Below are positions 42,553-52,285 of a stretch of 64,000 nt of DNA, piece by piece. The notes under the pieces were generated by a model, which saw only the letters and a list, made by a program, of their open reading frames with translations, was not told the DNA's origin and searched no databases. Made by a program: the position numbers and the translations under genes. The stretch comes from a virus, in the IMG/VR virus record IMGVR_UViG_3300012953_000014, positions 92,636 through 156,635 of that record. One strand, written 5' to 3'. Each line of letters begins with the position of its first letter. Position 1 is the stretch's first letter.

Positions 42553-43407
42553 TTACCTCAAAGAATATGCATTAGTCAAGTAATCATCAACTGTAATTTT
42601 AGATGGATAATATTTTTGTAACATTTTATAAAAATATTTGATTTGTGGAAGTTGAGCGTGAAGGTCATCACGCGCTTCACGTCCATCTATAAGTCGGTCA
42701 GAGTTCCAGGCCCCATATAAGTCTCCAGTGACAGACTTAACAGAATCATAATACTCATCGAAATAAACGTTTCCCCATTTGCCCATATCAAAAAATGTCA
42801 TTCCAGTAACATACACTTCTTTAATATCATAGTTCATGAGTGTAACGAGACCTGAGAATCCTGTGTTGCAAGTTGTGCCAACTTCCTTAAACATTTTAAA
42901 CAAATACCCATCACACACGTTGTGCCACGGGACGCTTGTGCTATCAAACCAATCTTCTTGTTTTTTAATGTCCCACATTGAAAGCATAGGGCAAATCATA
43001 TATTTTAGTGTTTTAATGTAATCAATATTATTATCACACTCTACACGATTGAAGTCATTAAAACTACCAAATATCACATCGGTCTTTGATCCATAGTCAG
43101 CCCATTTTTCTTTTGGTATAGCAAATTTTTGATTCAATCGAATAACAATATCATAAGAGTCAATAAACACACCGTTGCCCAAACCAGATAAATGTGGAGA
43201 AGGTCCAACGATTGCTACCCTTTTCCCTTCAACTAGGTTGGCGAAATCAGGATCCTTCTTATAATCACGAAAACCATCAACAAACCCCATGTTTGAAAGT
43301 TGTTGAAGTTGTTGTTCAGGTGTTGGTGAGCTGCAATCCCAGCTGGGTGTGGTTTCCTCAATAGGAATACCGATTATATCACTTTTTAAATCTTTGTACC
43401 AGTTCAT
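42553..43407 (-). CDS. GT29 (sialyltransferase)-like protein
   Basis: L-sialylmotif-like RVAIVGPS..L.....G..IDSYDIVIRLN...DYGSKTD; S-motif-like NTGFSGL...VTGMTFF. Confidence 0.75.
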   Translation of the reverse strand: MNWYKDLKSDIIGIPIEETTPSWDCSSPTPEQQLQQLSNMGFVDGFRDYKKDPDFANLVEGKRVAIVGPSPHLSGLGNGVFIDSYDIVIRLNQKFAIPKEKWADYGSKTDVIFGSFNDFNRVECDNNIDYIKTLKYMICPMLSMWDIKKQEDWFDSTSVPWHNVCDGYLFKMFKEVGTTCNTGFSGLVTLMNYDIKEVYVTGMTFFDMGKWGNVYFDEYYDSVKSVTGDLYGAWNSDRLIDGREARDDLHAQLPQIKYFYKMLQKYYPSKITVDDYLTNAYSLR

Positions 43408-43411
43408 TTCA

Positions 43412-44362
43412 CTACCATATAAACTTATTCTTATAATATTTGACTATTTTTGAAATCTCTTCATTAAATTTTTTCTTAGGTTTCCACCCCAAAGCTCTAA
43501 GTTTTGAGTCGTCAAGGGCATATCTGACATCCTGGCCTTCTCTGGAGTATGAAAAATCGATATAATCACTTACATCCACCGAAACCCCATGAAAACATTT
43601 AATAATCTTACTTACTGTGTCAATGTTTTTCTGCTCGAAGCCTCCTGCAATATTGTATATCTCATTTCTTGTCCCGCTTTCAACAATAGTTAGAACCGCT
43701 TCAGCAGTGTCATCTGCATGAAGCCAGTTTCGAGTAGGTGTTCCACTATTATGAAGGCGGATTTTTTTATTCCTAACAAGGTTTTTGATAGAAAGAGGGA
43801 TGAGTTTTTCTGGGTATTGTCCGATACCATAGTTGTTGGTCGGTCGCAAAATAATATAGTCTAAACCATATGTACGAGCCCATGCATTTATGAGCATATC
43901 TCCAGCAGCTTTAGCAGCAGAATAAGGGTTACTTGGCTTTAAGAGATCATTCTCGGTGTGAGAGCCATTATTAATATCTCCATACACCTCATCGGTGCTT
44001 ATATGAAGAAATATAGGGAGTTCATTGCAGTTTGACTGCTTAAACCTTATTAAATCTAATAAATTTTTAACGCCCACAATATTACTATCGATAAACTCAT
44101 CGCTCTTAACAATACTGTTTCCAACATGGGATTCAGCTGCAAAGTTTATAACATAATCACAATCATACAGCCGATCCACATCTTTTATATCAACATTTTG
44201 GAACTTAAAGTTGGGGTGTTGGTTAAACTCTTCCAGCAAAGAAGTGTTGGCAGCATATGTCATCTTATCGACGCCATAAACCATCCAACCTTTCTTTAGA
44301 CATTTGCGGGTTAAATATGATGCCATAAAACCCAAACATCCTGTTATATAAACAACTTTCAT
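43412..44362 (-). CDS. rfbB: dTDP-glucose 4,6-dehydratase family
   Basis: DKMTYAAN, NFAAESHV, HISTDEVYG, PSNPYSAAKA, NNYG..QYPEKLIP, REGQDVRY. Confidence 0.88.
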   Translation of the reverse strand: MKVVYITGCLGFMASYLTRKCLKKGWMVYGVDKMTYAANTSLLEEFNQHPNFKFQNVDIKDVDRLYDCDYVINFAAESHVGNSIVKSDEFIDSNIVGVKNLLDLIRFKQSNCNELPIFLHISTDEVYGDINNGSHTENDLLKPSNPYSAAKAAGDMLINAWARTYGLDYIILRPTNNYGIGQYPEKLIPLSIKNLVRNKKIRLHNSGTPTRNWLHADDTAEAVLTIVESGTRNEIYNIAGGFEQKNIDTVSKIIKCFHGVSVDVSDYIDFSYSREGQDVRYALDDSKLRALGWKPKKKFNEEISKIVKYYKNKFIW

Positions 44363-45723
44363 TATACGTTTGCAAAAAAGCTATCAACAGCTTCTTTAAT
44401 GTATTTAATCTTTTTATCCGTCAGGCCAATAAATGTTCCCAAGAAAAATGAGTTAGTTGTAACCAATTGGGCAACTGGGAATACTTGATTCAAATCTCCA
44501 TATTCATCAGCCATGTGGTAATATCCCGGATGGGTCAAAATATTTCCAGCAAAATAAGAGCGAGTTTGAATTTTAGCATCTTCCAAGTGATTTACAATAT
44601 CTTGTTTGGAGAATGGCGCATCTTCCTTAACTGTCATCAGATATGCAAACCAACAAGGATCTGATTTATCAGTGGCAACAGGTAGGTGGAGATATTCTTC
44701 ATACGGTTTAAAGATATCACTCAACTTTTTAAAGTTTTCTCTTCTGGCTGCATCCATTTCTGGAAGCTTATCCAGTTGTTGAAGCCCCATTGACGCCTGT
44801 AGATCTAATGGTTTAAGATTATAACCAATCTCATCAAACACATATCGATGATCATATACTGCTTCTTTCAAGCCCGGTAGCCAGTTTTTAAACCTATTCC
44901 CACATGCAGTGCCCTCTGTAACGTTTCCTGGTTTCATTGAGTTGCAGTAACACGCACGACCCCAATCACGGATACTAGAAATAACTTGACGGATTTTGTT
45001 ACTATTCATTGCAATAAATCCACCTTCACCCATTGTCATGTGATGTGCGGGAAAGAAAGAACAAGTTGAAATATCTCCATATGAGCCTAATTTTTTACCA
45101 TCATAGAACGAACCAAGTGCATCACACGAGTCTTCCAGGAAAATGAGGTTATACTTATTGATAAGCTCCATCAATCTATCCATATTTGGAGGATTACCCA
45201 AAACATGTGCGAAAGTAATAACTCTGATTTCGGGATCGTTTTTTAACTTTTCTTCAACCAAATCCAAATCTAAATTCAAGTCTGGTAATGTAACATCTAC
45301 AAACACTGGTTTGAAGCCAACTTGAATGATTGGGTTAATGGTGGTTGGGAAACCTACGACAGGTGTAAGAACCTTGGTACCTTCTGGTAGATTAAAGAGT
45401 TTCTTGGATTTAAGCGCCGACATCATAAGAAGATTTGCGGAACTTCCAGAGTTGGTTAAACAACCAAACTTCATTCCAAGATGTTCAGGGAAAGCAAGCT
45501 CAAAGTTTCTTGCATTTTTTCCGAAGATTAACCACTCACCCAATAAGGTGTTAATGGCCTCCCTATATTCGTTTTTATCATAATGTGGGCCAGAATATGC
45601 AATCCAGTCTTGCCCTGGAGTCCAGGTTTCATTTTCTCTTTTGTCGTCGATATATTCTTCTACAAGTTGTAGTATTTTCTCTAGTTTAGAATCTTTTTTA
45701 TTTAACTGTATCAATTGATTCAA
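44362..45723 (-). CDS. rfbH: NDP-4-keto-6-deoxyglucose 3-dehydrase (RfbH/DdhC, E1)
   Basis: NSGSSANLL, FPTTINP, AHVLGNP, EDSCDALGS, SFFPAHHMTMGEGG (His in place of the PLP Lys), RDWGRACYC Fe-S motif, YDHRY...GYNLK. Confidence 0.92.
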   Translation of the reverse strand: MNQLIQLNKKDSKLEKILQLVEEYIDDKRENETWTPGQDWIAYSGPHYDKNEYREAINTLLGEWLIFGKNARNFELAFPEHLGMKFGCLTNSGSSANLLMMSALKSKKLFNLPEGTKVLTPVVGFPTTINPIIQVGFKPVFVDVTLPDLNLDLDLVEEKLKNDPEIRVITFAHVLGNPPNMDRLMELINKYNLIFLEDSCDALGSFYDGKKLGSYGDISTCSFFPAHHMTMGEGGFIAMNSNKIRQVISSIRDWGRACYCNSMKPGNVTEGTACGNRFKNWLPGLKEAVYDHRYVFDEIGYNLKPLDLQASMGLQQLDKLPEMDAARRENFKKLSDIFKPYEEYLHLPVATDKSDPCWFAYLMTVKEDAPFSKQDIVNHLEDAKIQTRSYFAGNILTHPGYYHMADEYGDLNQVFPVAQLVTTNSFFLGTFIGLTDKKIKYIKEAVDSFFANV

Positions 45724-46546
45724 TCATCCTTTGCAAGCCAATGTTAAAACCATCAAGTTCAATGTTTAATTTTTTTAGTTTCTTAGCACAACCTGTATAT
45801 TCCGGTGCCATGCCTTGTTGCTTTATTATAACATTGTTCTCAACATTCATTAAATTACAAATCTGATTAGCGACATCAATTAATGTATTTTTTTCTTCAT
45901 AACAAAGATTAATATCAGATGGTAATATAATCTTTTTGTGATTCTTGATATAATAATCAATAACCCTACAGGTATCCTCTGCTGAAATGAAGTCCATTCT
46001 TTTGTTTTGGTGTATCTCTAGTGGTTTTCCTTTGTTTACATTGTTGATAGAGTTTTTGATAAGTCGTTGGGTCGTTTCGTGTTTTCCAAAACACCCAAAG
46101 AGTCTCATGTTAACAATGTTATCATCCATTTCTTGGATCTGTCTTGCTATAATATTTTTTGCAGCACCATAAAAATCGGTGGGGACATAATCTCCACGAT
46201 GAATACCGTCTGTCTCAATAACTCCGTTTGTTCGGTCGAACTCGGCTCCTGAACCGAAGTTAATCAGTAGACTATATTTATGACGATTGTTGAAAAGGTT
46301 GCTGAACATATTAATATTGTTGATATAATCTTCTGTTGTATCCTTTGTTATTCTTGTTCCGCCCTTAATAGCAGTGTGAATAACAACATCGACATCTATG
46401 TTTTCAAAATAATCATCAACATTTTCGGGATTAGATACATCCAATGTTTGGCGACTGGTTGGAATAATATCGTGTTCTTTATCCGAAAAGAAGTCTTGGA
46501 TCTCTCTAGCTAAAAAACTATTTTTACCTGTAATGAGAACTCTCAT
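45698..46546 (-). CDS. NAD-dependent epimerase/reductase
   Basis: Rossmann start, FGSGAEFD, YGAAK, RLFGCFG. Confidence 0.85.
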   Translation of the reverse strand: MRVLITGKNSFLAREIQDFFSDKEHDIIPTSRQTLDVSNPENVDDYFENIDVDVVIHTAIKGGTRITKDTTEDYINNINMFSNLFNNRHKYSLLINFGSGAEFDRTNGVIETDGIHRGDYVPTDFYGAAKNIIARQIQEMDDNIVNMRLFGCFGKHETTQRLIKNSINNVNKGKPLEIHQNKRMDFISAEDTCRVIDYYIKNHKKIILPSDINLCYEEKNTLIDVANQICNLMNVENNVIIKQQGMAPEYTGCAKKLKKLNIELDGFNIGLQRMIESIDTVK

Positions 46547-47694
46547 ATTGAAAATTCCTTTTCAAAAAAATCACCCGCACCACATTGTTCTGAAAAGAAC
46601 TTTCTTGTATCATCATTAAAGTATTCAAGATTCCATTTGTTCACTGTATCAACAAACTCATTGTCATCTAAGATACTTAAACCCTCACAATAATGCCAAA
46701 CTTTTATTTGTTTATCTATAAAATCACTTTTACAAAACAACTTATCATCTTTAACATAAAAGTTTTTGGTTGATTCTGTCCAAAATTGATCTCTGTTTTT
46801 TGTGTCGGCTGGGTGTAATCCATCTATCTTGCACTTTGATCTCACGTTATAAGACACAGAACTAAAAGCGTAAGGTGCTTCAGGGAAGACAGCTTTATAC
46901 CTTCTTTCTTCAACACTATCTTTTAGTATTTTAATGATACTTGCTTGATTTTCAGGCTCAACATCTATAAACCTCTGGCCCCAAACAAATAGATTTAATA
47001 ACCCTTGTTCGCCATAATAACTAATATAAGTTCTTGCCTTGCTGTCGTCAGATTCTCTTATATTCTTGTAAAAAATAAACATATCTTTTAATGGGGCGAT
47101 ATTGTTAAAACATATAACATCAGCATTTAGATACATATGATCACAAGGTATACATCCTAAATCTTTTTTTATTTTAGCCCAATATACATCTAACTCTTGT
47201 TTGGATTTGATTGCGGTGTTTGACCATTCTATTCCAATAGCATTGGTTTCAGCATTCCAAAGAACTAAGGGAGAAAATATAGAATATTTATGTTTTGGAA
47301 ATTTATATTCCCCCTTATAATCTTTTGGCGGGTTCCATTCGTCGGAAATACCATCTAAATAATTAAACTGTATTTTATAATCAAGTGTGCAGATAATATC
47401 ATCTGTGTTGTTGTCCAAAAACTCATCTAATCTTGCGCAAGTAATCGTATCAGAACCCAAACATATCATTTTATCATAAGATTTTGTCGTCATTATCTCA
47501 AGGGCATAACAATATTTAGCCATTCCATACCCAACGTCTTTGATGAGATTGAAAGATTCATAATCACTAGCATTGTCATCTGTTATGAAATAAAGATCAA
47601 CATTGGGGTGAAATTTCTTAAAACTGCTTACTGCTGGTTGGGCGAGTTTCTTGTATTTCTCACCAATAGCAAGTATTAAACAAGCTGTTTTCAC
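46543..47694 (-). CDS. Putative GT-A fold glycosyltransferase
   Basis: LAIGEKY..LA...V.SFKKFHP..DLYFITD, LGSD, LNADV, EQGLLN, WHY; located in the glycan island. Confidence 0.55.
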   Translation of the reverse strand: MKTACLILAIGEKYKKLAQPAVSSFKKFHPNVDLYFITDDNASDYESFNLIKDVGYGMAKYCYALEIMTTKSYDKMICLGSDTITCARLDEFLDNNTDDIICTLDYKIQFNYLDGISDEWNPPKDYKGEYKFPKHKYSIFSPLVLWNAETNAIGIEWSNTAIKSKQELDVYWAKIKKDLGCIPCDHMYLNADVICFNNIAPLKDMFIFYKNIRESDDSKARTYISYYGEQGLLNLFVWGQRFIDVEPENQASIIKILKDSVEERRYKAVFPEAPYAFSSVSYNVRSKCKIDGLHPADTKNRDQFWTESTKNFYVKDDKLFCKSDFIDKQIKVWHYCEGLSILDDNEFVDTVNKWNLEYFNDDTRKFFSEQCGAGDFFEKEFSI

Positions 47695-48176
47695 TAGTAT
47701 TTCCTTTTGAGGTTTATATAGTGAGGCTCATTAGAGGATATCAAGTTTTTAAAATCTTCTTCTAGTTCTTCTTGGTTTTCGGGGTGGTGTACATGGACAT
47801 TTTTAAAACATCCCATAATCTCTTTATCATCTTCAGCCCAATGTGAAAATCCCAAATATCCGTAATCCCTATCCCTGCCTCCGCCGACCAACTTAACTGG
47901 AATATTTTCATGATCCAAATAGTTCCTGATTAACTCAAATGGTCTATAAAGAAGAAAAGACGTAATAGAATATACAACCGGAATCTTTCCTTCCATCGCC
48001 ATACCTACCGCAACGCCCATCATCAATTGTTCTGCCGAACCAACATTGTGAAACCTAGTCGGAAAATCTCTCCTAATATCATCCCACAATCCATAACCAA
48101 GATCGCCAGTGACCAAGACAATGTCTTGATTATTTAACATCTCATTGTATAAGAGTTTAGCAAAGGACTTTCTCAT
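47694..48176 (-). CDS. Transketolase-like pyrimidine-binding subunit (split enzyme)
   Basis: TGDLGYG, NVGSAEQLMMGVAVGMA, YSITSFL..RPFELIR, GFSHWA. Confidence 0.88.
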   Translation of the reverse strand: MRKSFAKLLYNEMLNNQDIVLVTGDLGYGLWDDIRRDFPTRFHNVGSAEQLMMGVAVGMAMEGKIPVVYSITSFLLYRPFELIRNYLDHENIPVKLVGGGRDRDYGYLGFSHWAEDDKEIMGCFKNVHVHHPENQEELEEDFKNLISSNEPHYINLKRKY

Positions 48177-48813
48177 CGAAATCTCTCCCTCTTTTAATCA
48201 TTGATTTTGCTAGCTGATAATCTTCATCTGACATAACGTGATAGTGAGCGTTCAATCCTCGCAAGAATGGAAACTGCTCAACAGAAGTATATCTTATATT
48301 GATTCTTGGATAAAATGTTAGCAATCTTCTGGTAAGATACTCCATATCCACTTTATCGTATGCACAATATCCGTTAACATTGACATACACTTTAATGTTA
48401 TCTATTTTGTTTTCTTGAATAAAGCGCAAACCTTCCCAAATAGAGCCTTCGGCGCACTCTCCATCGCTAATAAGACAGTGTACAGTCCTGTCTTTGTTTG
48501 CCATTGCTCGACCAATAGCTACAAGTAGACCCAGCCCTAGACTTCCTGTGGAACAATATAGCTTATCTTGCTCATCTCGATATGGATGCCCACCATGTTT
48601 CATAAAAAGCTTTTCTGCGTCGATACCATGATATTTTTCAATTGCTGCATAAAGTGCTACTGCTGCATGTCCAGCGGATAAAATAAAGATATCGTCCTCA
48701 CCTTTCTCTTGAAAGATTTCGTCAATAATATCAACACTTGAAAAGTAACTGCCCAAGTGTGAAAGTTTGTGTATATATGCGATTTCCAATATACGTTCTT
48801 TTAAAGATTCCAT
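48157..48813 (-). CDS. Transketolase-like ThDP-binding subunit (split enzyme)
   Basis: SHLGS, FILSAGHA, STGSLGLG, SDGECAEGSIWE...N, HY. Confidence 0.88.
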   Translation of the reverse strand: MESLKERILEIAYIHKLSHLGSYFSSVDIIDEIFQEKGEDDIFILSAGHAAVALYAAIEKYHGIDAEKLFMKHGGHPYRDEQDKLYCSTGSLGLGLLVAIGRAMANKDRTVHCLISDGECAEGSIWEGLRFIQENKIDNIKVYVNVNGYCAYDKVDMEYLTRRLLTFYPRINIRYTSVEQFPFLRGLNAHYHVMSDEDYQLAKSMIKRGRDFDEKVLC

Positions 48814-49535
48814 TTTTCTTTCCAAAAGGTTTGAATCATTTGATCATAACCCTTTCCTTCATGTTGAACTTTCCATGTTGCTTGCTGGGGATGCCATCTA
48901 TAATAAAATCCCAACCAACGTGGAGCTGGGTATATCATAACATTATTATCGGCAAGTTTGCAATACAAATCATAATCTGCTGCTCCACCATAAAGTTCAG
49001 GTTGTGCTTTTAACAAACCCTCATTCAATAACTTGACATTGTAGATTACTGTGGGCGTGTTTACTGGACATCTAACCAAGCATTGTTTTTTAAAGTCTTC
49101 CAAAGATGGGTAGAAGTGAGATAGTTGGTCCATTGTTTGCCCAGTATGCGATCTTACACCCCAAACAGGACTTTGGAAGGCCAATACTTGGTCGGGTGCA
49201 GACAGTATAAAATTCATGCAGTTTTCAATATAATTTTCACTCATATAATCATCTGAACCGATGATTGTTACATAGTCTCCTGTGATGTGTTTGAAACCTT
49301 CTTCCCTAGCTTCATCCCAACAATGAGGATAAATATTTGGTGCAGTGGAAGTGATTAGTTGGGGATGTTTTTGTTGTATCTCTTTTACAATATTAAACGT
49401 ATTATCTGTACTCTCATTATCAACACAGACAACCTCAATATTTTCATAAGTTTGTTTTAATGCAGATAATACACATTCTTCAATCCATTGTTGCGAGTTA
49501 TAACATGGAATTACTATACTTACTTTTGGCTTCAT
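48801..49535 (-). CDS. Glycosyltransferase family 2
   Basis: VSIVIPCYN, SALKQTYENIEVVCVDNESTD, GSDD, ADYDL, YYRWH. Confidence 0.92.
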   Translation of the reverse strand: MKPKVSIVIPCYNSQQWIEECVLSALKQTYENIEVVCVDNESTDNTFNIVKEIQQKHPQLITSTAPNIYPHCWDEAREEGFKHITGDYVTIIGSDDYMSENYIENCMNFILSAPDQVLAFQSPVWGVRSHTGQTMDQLSHFYPSLEDFKKQCLVRCPVNTPTVIYNVKLLNEGLLKAQPELYGGAADYDLYCKLADNNVMIYPAPRWLGFYYRWHPQQATWKVQHEGKGYDQMIQTFWKEKWNL

Positions 49536-50497
49536 ATTTCTAACATTTGTTTCACACGATTAACATAAGTGTGATTTTCCAGAATCATTTTTCTATTTTC
49601 TTCTTTTATATCTTCTAAGCTTTGATTACCATATTTCTTGATAACTTGAATCATTTCCTGTGGAGTTTCAACTAAAGGAACATTTGGGAAAATATTCTTC
49701 ATCACCTCAACCTTATCAGATATTAAAAATCCGTTAAGACCCAGTGACTTGAAAGTCCTTTCATTCACGTCTGTTCCCAATACGTGTTGGTAGCGATCAT
49801 GAATGTTTATAGCAACTTTACTATTGTGCAGTAGATTTGCCTCATCTTGAACTGAAATGTTCTGATTAATGAATATACCTGCTTTTAACCCGGAGTTTTT
49901 TATTTCTGCAAAGTGTGATGTCATGATGCGGCGCTTTTCATCATATCCGTTATCAGCCCAACCGCCAACATAACAAACATCGAACTCGTATCTGGCGTCT
50001 TTTACTGGCTTGTAATCAAAAGAATCAAAGGCTAGGTGAACTGTCTCTATGTCATTACCCCATTCTTGATAAAAATCATACATTCTTGTATCAACAAAAG
50101 TCCACTTGACTACATTATCTAACGAGTTTATTTGTTTAATACCTTTTTGGCTTATTGATGTAATAAAATTTGGATGTGAACCCCATGGTTCTAAATAATA
50201 AAATGGTTGAACAAATAAGAAAGTCTTCTTTGACTTTGACATAATCTCTAATCTATCAGGATCTACATCTTCTTGATAAAACTTCATACTATGTTCGGGA
50301 TTGCGTTGGTTGGGATCTGCGAATCGATAACCGCTTATATCTCCATCTACCGCCATAAGATAGTAATCTTCATCGTCGATATCTAAAAGTTTGTCATAAT
50401 ATACAACTTCGTATCCTAAAGACCTCCAAGCATTAACATATCCTCTGTAGATCCACCTTCCTGCTCCAAAGGCGTGATTTCTAACATATACCTTCAT
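49532..50497 (-). CDS. CgeB-like (GT-B) glycosyltransferase
   Basis: FDVCYVGG, SKVAINIH, VNERTF, FLISD, NHTYVNRVKQML. Confidence 0.85.
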   Translation of the reverse strand: MKVYVRNHAFGAGRWIYRGYVNAWRSLGYEVVYYDKLLDIDDEDYYLMAVDGDISGYRFADPNQRNPEHSMKFYQEDVDPDRLEIMSKSKKTFLFVQPFYYLEPWGSHPNFITSISQKGIKQINSLDNVVKWTFVDTRMYDFYQEWGNDIETVHLAFDSFDYKPVKDARYEFDVCYVGGWADNGYDEKRRIMTSHFAEIKNSGLKAGIFINQNISVQDEANLLHNSKVAINIHDRYQHVLGTDVNERTFKSLGLNGFLISDKVEVMKNIFPNVPLVETPQEMIQVIKKYGNQSLEDIKEENRKMILENHTYVNRVKQMLEI

Positions 50498-51432
50498 AGC
50501 TTCTTAATTTCGTTTAATATTTTTCTTAGTCTAATTTTTGATGTATGCTCTTTTAGGAATCTTTTTTGGCCTGCTTGACCTATTTTGATTGCAGATTCTG
50601 GGTTTGACACTAAAAATCTTGCTTTTTCAATCAACTCTTCGACAGTATCAAAAACCATTATTTCCTTATCAATCTCGAAAAGTTCCTCAATGCCTTCAAC
50701 ATGTTCCGTAAGTAATGCTGTGCCACATGCTGGTACTTCAAAAATCCTGGCTTTCATTTGTCTTTCGGGTTTTTGACTACATTTAGTAAAGTTTAACCCA
50801 ACAAGAGATACTGCATACATATTAAACATCTCCTCAAAAGATGCATGTCTTGGATTGCTTGATGGCCCATTTACACCCAAACCTGCTCGGTGCATTTTGG
50901 TCATGAACTCTAAACGATCAGCCCCAAGATGACCAGCAAATGAAAACGGGATACGTTTTTTTGCAATCACTCCAGAGTACAGATCTTCATTACAGTGCCA
51001 ATTTCCATAAAGAATGTTTTCGTAGCCAAAATCCCTATATTTGTCCATATATCTTTTTTCAGGAGTTGAACAGACATGAAAGTTGTTACAGACATTACTT
51101 GAAAATGAATCAAAACGCCACACATCATCGCAAAACCAGTTAAACGTCTTTGTCCTTCCGCTTAATGTTTCAGCCATGATTGTTTGCCATGGTTCGTCTG
51201 GACAAACTGTTGCATCTCCCGTCATCATACAGAACAAGAGATCTGGTTTTTGTGTTTCAATATGTTGCTTTAGTGCTGTATTTCCGTAATAAGATGTATC
51301 AAAAAAATGCACAGTGTGCTTTAATGATAATAATGGGAGATAAAAGTTCCAAAATGCAAAATCATATCTAAAGGGAGTATCCTCTTGATCATGGCGGCTG
51401 ATTGTTTTTGGAGCTACAACTGTTATTTTCAT
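50494..51432 (-). CDS. CgeB-like (GT-B) glycosyltransferase
   Basis: NWFCDDVWRF, MKARIFEVPACGTALLTE, FEIDKEI, EHTSKIRL. Start refined from 51447. Confidence 0.87.
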   Translation of the reverse strand: MKITVVAPKTISRHDQEDTPFRYDFAFWNFYLPLLSLKHTVHFFDTSYYGNTALKQHIETQKPDLLFCMMTGDATVCPDEPWQTIMAETLSGRTKTFNWFCDDVWRFDSFSSNVCNNFHVCSTPEKRYMDKYRDFGYENILYGNWHCNEDLYSGVIAKKRIPFSFAGHLGADRLEFMTKMHRAGLGVNGPSSNPRHASFEEMFNMYAVSLVGLNFTKCSQKPERQMKARIFEVPACGTALLTEHVEGIEELFEIDKEIMVFDTVEELIEKARFLVSNPESAIKIGQAGQKRFLKEHTSKIRLRKILNEIKKL

Positions 51433-51433
51433 G

Positions 51434-52285
51434 TTATTCTTCCTCAAAAAAGCTCAATACTAAATCAGGAATTTCATCTCTTTTTTGTCTCATTTTATCA
51501 ACAAGATTTTTTCCCTTAAGATTAAACCATTCTTCGCCTGCTGCGCCGATTAAATCATTGGTTATAATTTTACAACCCAACATTCGTGCCTCAACAATGA
51601 TTCTTGATAAGGTTTCAGGAGTTTTAGGAAAAAAAACAAGCGACTCATTTTGACTTAGTCTTTTAATGAATTTCTTATAATCACTTGGAGCAATAAGATC
51701 ATATTCCATGTTTTTTAGAATACAATATTTGACAGCACCGGAGGTGTTCTTATGATCTATATTAGATTCCATTATCGAACATTCAGGTTTTTTTTCGCCC
51801 TGACTTAACTCTTCAATAAAATCCAATACATCGGTAGACCACAAATTCCCAGAAAGACTGTGAATATTGTTGAGCTTTAGGTTTTTTTCAACAATATCTT
51901 TATGCATTGATGACTGACATAAAACGGCAAGTGCAGAAGCATAAAAATCATGATATACAAGTTGATCAGCAGGAGCTTGAAAATCTTCATATAATGCAGG
52001 GTTTCTGGTTTTCAGATATTTGTGATCGTGCTCATAAATAACATATCTAGTTAAGTTTCTTATTGCAGAAATAACATCTGGTTTTATGTTTAAAAAGTTT
52101 GCTATAATAAAGCAATACTCTTGTTTGTTTTCTTCTATGATGTCTCTTGTGAGTTCATGTGAATGCACACGACGGACAACGTGCCCTCGTTTATGTAAAA
52201 TCTCGCAAAATATGTGATTATTTAATTCTCCACCACCGAGGATACCGTCCTCAACAAAGACATCTGCAACAAATAAAACTTTCAT
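51434..52285 (-). CDS. GT-B fold glycosyltransferase
   Basis: GGGELN, EHDH, FFPKTPETLSRIIVEARMLGCKIITN. Confidence 0.78.
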   Translation of the reverse strand: MKVLFVADVFVEDGILGGGELNNHIFCEILHKRGHVVRRVHSHELTRDIIEENKQEYCFIIANFLNIKPDVISAIRNLTRYVIYEHDHKYLKTRNPALYEDFQAPADQLVYHDFYASALAVLCQSSMHKDIVEKNLKLNNIHSLSGNLWSTDVLDFIEELSQGEKKPECSIMESNIDHKNTSGAVKYCILKNMEYDLIAPSDYKKFIKRLSQNESLVFFPKTPETLSRIIVEARMLGCKIITNDLIGAAGEEWFNLKGKNLVDKMRQKRDEIPDLVLSFFEEE

